From a virus, in IMG/VR virus record IMGVR_UViG_3300045988_096677, positions 1-40,198 of that record: a stretch of 40,198 nucleotides of DNA; one strand, written 5' to 3'. Of the stretch, positions 39,719-40,198 are shown one piece after another. The notes beneath the pieces were generated by a model. It did not search any database. It was given only the letters and a program-made list of their open reading frames with translations, and was not told the origin of the DNA. How positions within the stretch are numbered: the stretch's first letter is position 1; each line of letters begins with the position of its first letter. A program made the position numbers and the translations under genes.

Positions 39719-40075
39719 TCACTCCTTGCGAACCTTAGACTTGAGCAGAGTTTCCACGGCGTCGCGTTCTTCCTGTGTTGCGTCGTTCAGCAGCTCGACG
39801 ATATTTTGCATCTGCTCATCCAGCCCGCCCTTCCCGGCGGGCTCTTTTTTTTCGCCCATCAATTCCTCGACAGAGATCCCGAAATAGTCGGCGATCCTCT
39901 TGCGGCTCCCAATCTGGGGAACAACGCCGGTTTTCCACTTCGCCGCTGTTGACTTGTTGAAGCCCAGTTCACTAACGGCAACTGACGGATGCTTTCCAAT
40001 TTTTTCGCATTGCCGTTTGAAATTTTCATAAAACAAATTTGCCACCTCATTTTTGTGTAAAACGCCAAAATTCAT
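39719..40075 (-). CDS. CI-like XRE-family HTH repressor (118 aa)
   Basis: SVAVSELGFNKSTAAKWKTG is HTH_3-like. Divergent from the cro-like gene across the junction. Operator half-sites begin 5 nt from its start codon. Confidence 0.8.
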   Translation of the reverse strand: MNFGVLHKNEVANLFYENFKRQCEKIGKHPSVAVSELGFNKSTAAKWKTGVVPQIGSRKRIADYFGISVEELMGEKKEPAGKGGLDEQMQNIVELLNDATQEERDAVETLLKSKVRKE

Positions 40076-40079
40076 AAAG

Positions 40080-40116
40080 ATTCACATTACGCCTTGAAAT
40101 GTGAATCAATGTGAAT
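40080..40116. promoter_or_regulatory. Operator half-sites ATTCACAT (40080-40087) and ATGTGAAT (40099-40106, 40109-40116); a fourth, degenerate ATGTGATT at 40140-40147 (= 17-24)
   Basis: Read directly. The first two form an inverted repeat with an 11-nt spacer. Two lie inside the promoter spacer. Confidence 0.6.
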
Positions 40117-40122
40117 TATAAT
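40094..40122 (+). promoter_or_regulatory. Rightward early promoter TTGAAA-N17-TATAAT (PR-like)
   Basis: -35 at 40094-40099, 17-nt spacer, -10 at 40117-40122. ATTATAAT is palindromic, so a -10 also reads on the minus strand. Confidence 0.6.
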
Positions 40123-40123
40123 A

Positions 40124-40198
40124 AGAGCGTACCCGAGAGATGTGATTGACCCACACCTCTACCTTCCGGGTGCAGACCCTTGATGGATTCCTCCTTTC
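40124..40198. repeat. Terminal overlap identical to 1-75
   Basis: Direct reading. Confidence 0.9.

Noticed and set aside
1-40198. Alternative genetic code or stop-codon recoding, considered because phage-encoded tRNAs can be suppressors.
   Set aside because: All large structural genes are open in the standard code. Neither tRNA has a stop-reading anticodon: one is CAT, and the other is GGT-like or ambiguous.

Overview
The window reads as one complete temperate siphovirus-like (HK97-type) phage genome. It has high G+C and Shine-Dalgarno usage typical of Clostridia-type Firmicutes. Bases 1-75 are identical to 40124-40198, so the sequence closes into a circle of 40123 unique bp.

Gene order, starting at the junction:
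- A CI-like/Cro-like divergent switch.
- A rightward early operon of small HTH, zinc-ribbon and membrane proteins and a Gly-rich repeat protein. It continues with a Rad52-like annealing protein, NinB/Orf, an HNH-like protein, SSB, a wHTH replication initiator with an internal iteron array, then ParA, a DUF551-like protein and ParB.
- A putative late regulator and a Cys-rich, AT-richer island.
- About 800 bp with no convincing gene: a tandem-repeat array, a promoter, a hairpin-dense stretch, an aberrant 135-nt tRNA-like gene and a normal tRNA-Met.
- The packaging and morphogenesis block: HNH, P27-type TerS, TerL, portal, ClpP-like protease, major capsid with a C-terminal cadherin-like domain, connectors, major tail, G/GT chaperone with an A_AAA_AAC slippery site, tape measure, Dit, Tal and a BppU-type receptor-binding protein whose distal two thirds are strikingly AT-rich.
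- The lysis cassette (GH25 endolysin, TM/coiled-coil protein, holin).
- An accessory region: an AP2/multi-zinc-ribbon protein, two copies of a strong promoter/5'UTR cassette driving unrelated small proteins plus an RHH-domain protein, and a five-gene operon of Cys-rich/low-complexity/membrane proteins.
- A tRNA-3'-end-like attP core, a tyrosine integrase, a second HTH regulator, and lysogeny-side secreted and membrane proteins.

The loci most worth follow-up are:
1. The ORF-free structured region next to the tRNAs (10499-11028) and the tRNA-like gene (10887-11021).
2. The duplicated promoter cassettes (31116-32386), a candidate anti-defence locus.
3. The five-gene cargo operon (32465-35373).

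All family calls rest on motif recognition by eye. No database search, RNA folding or composition calculation was run.
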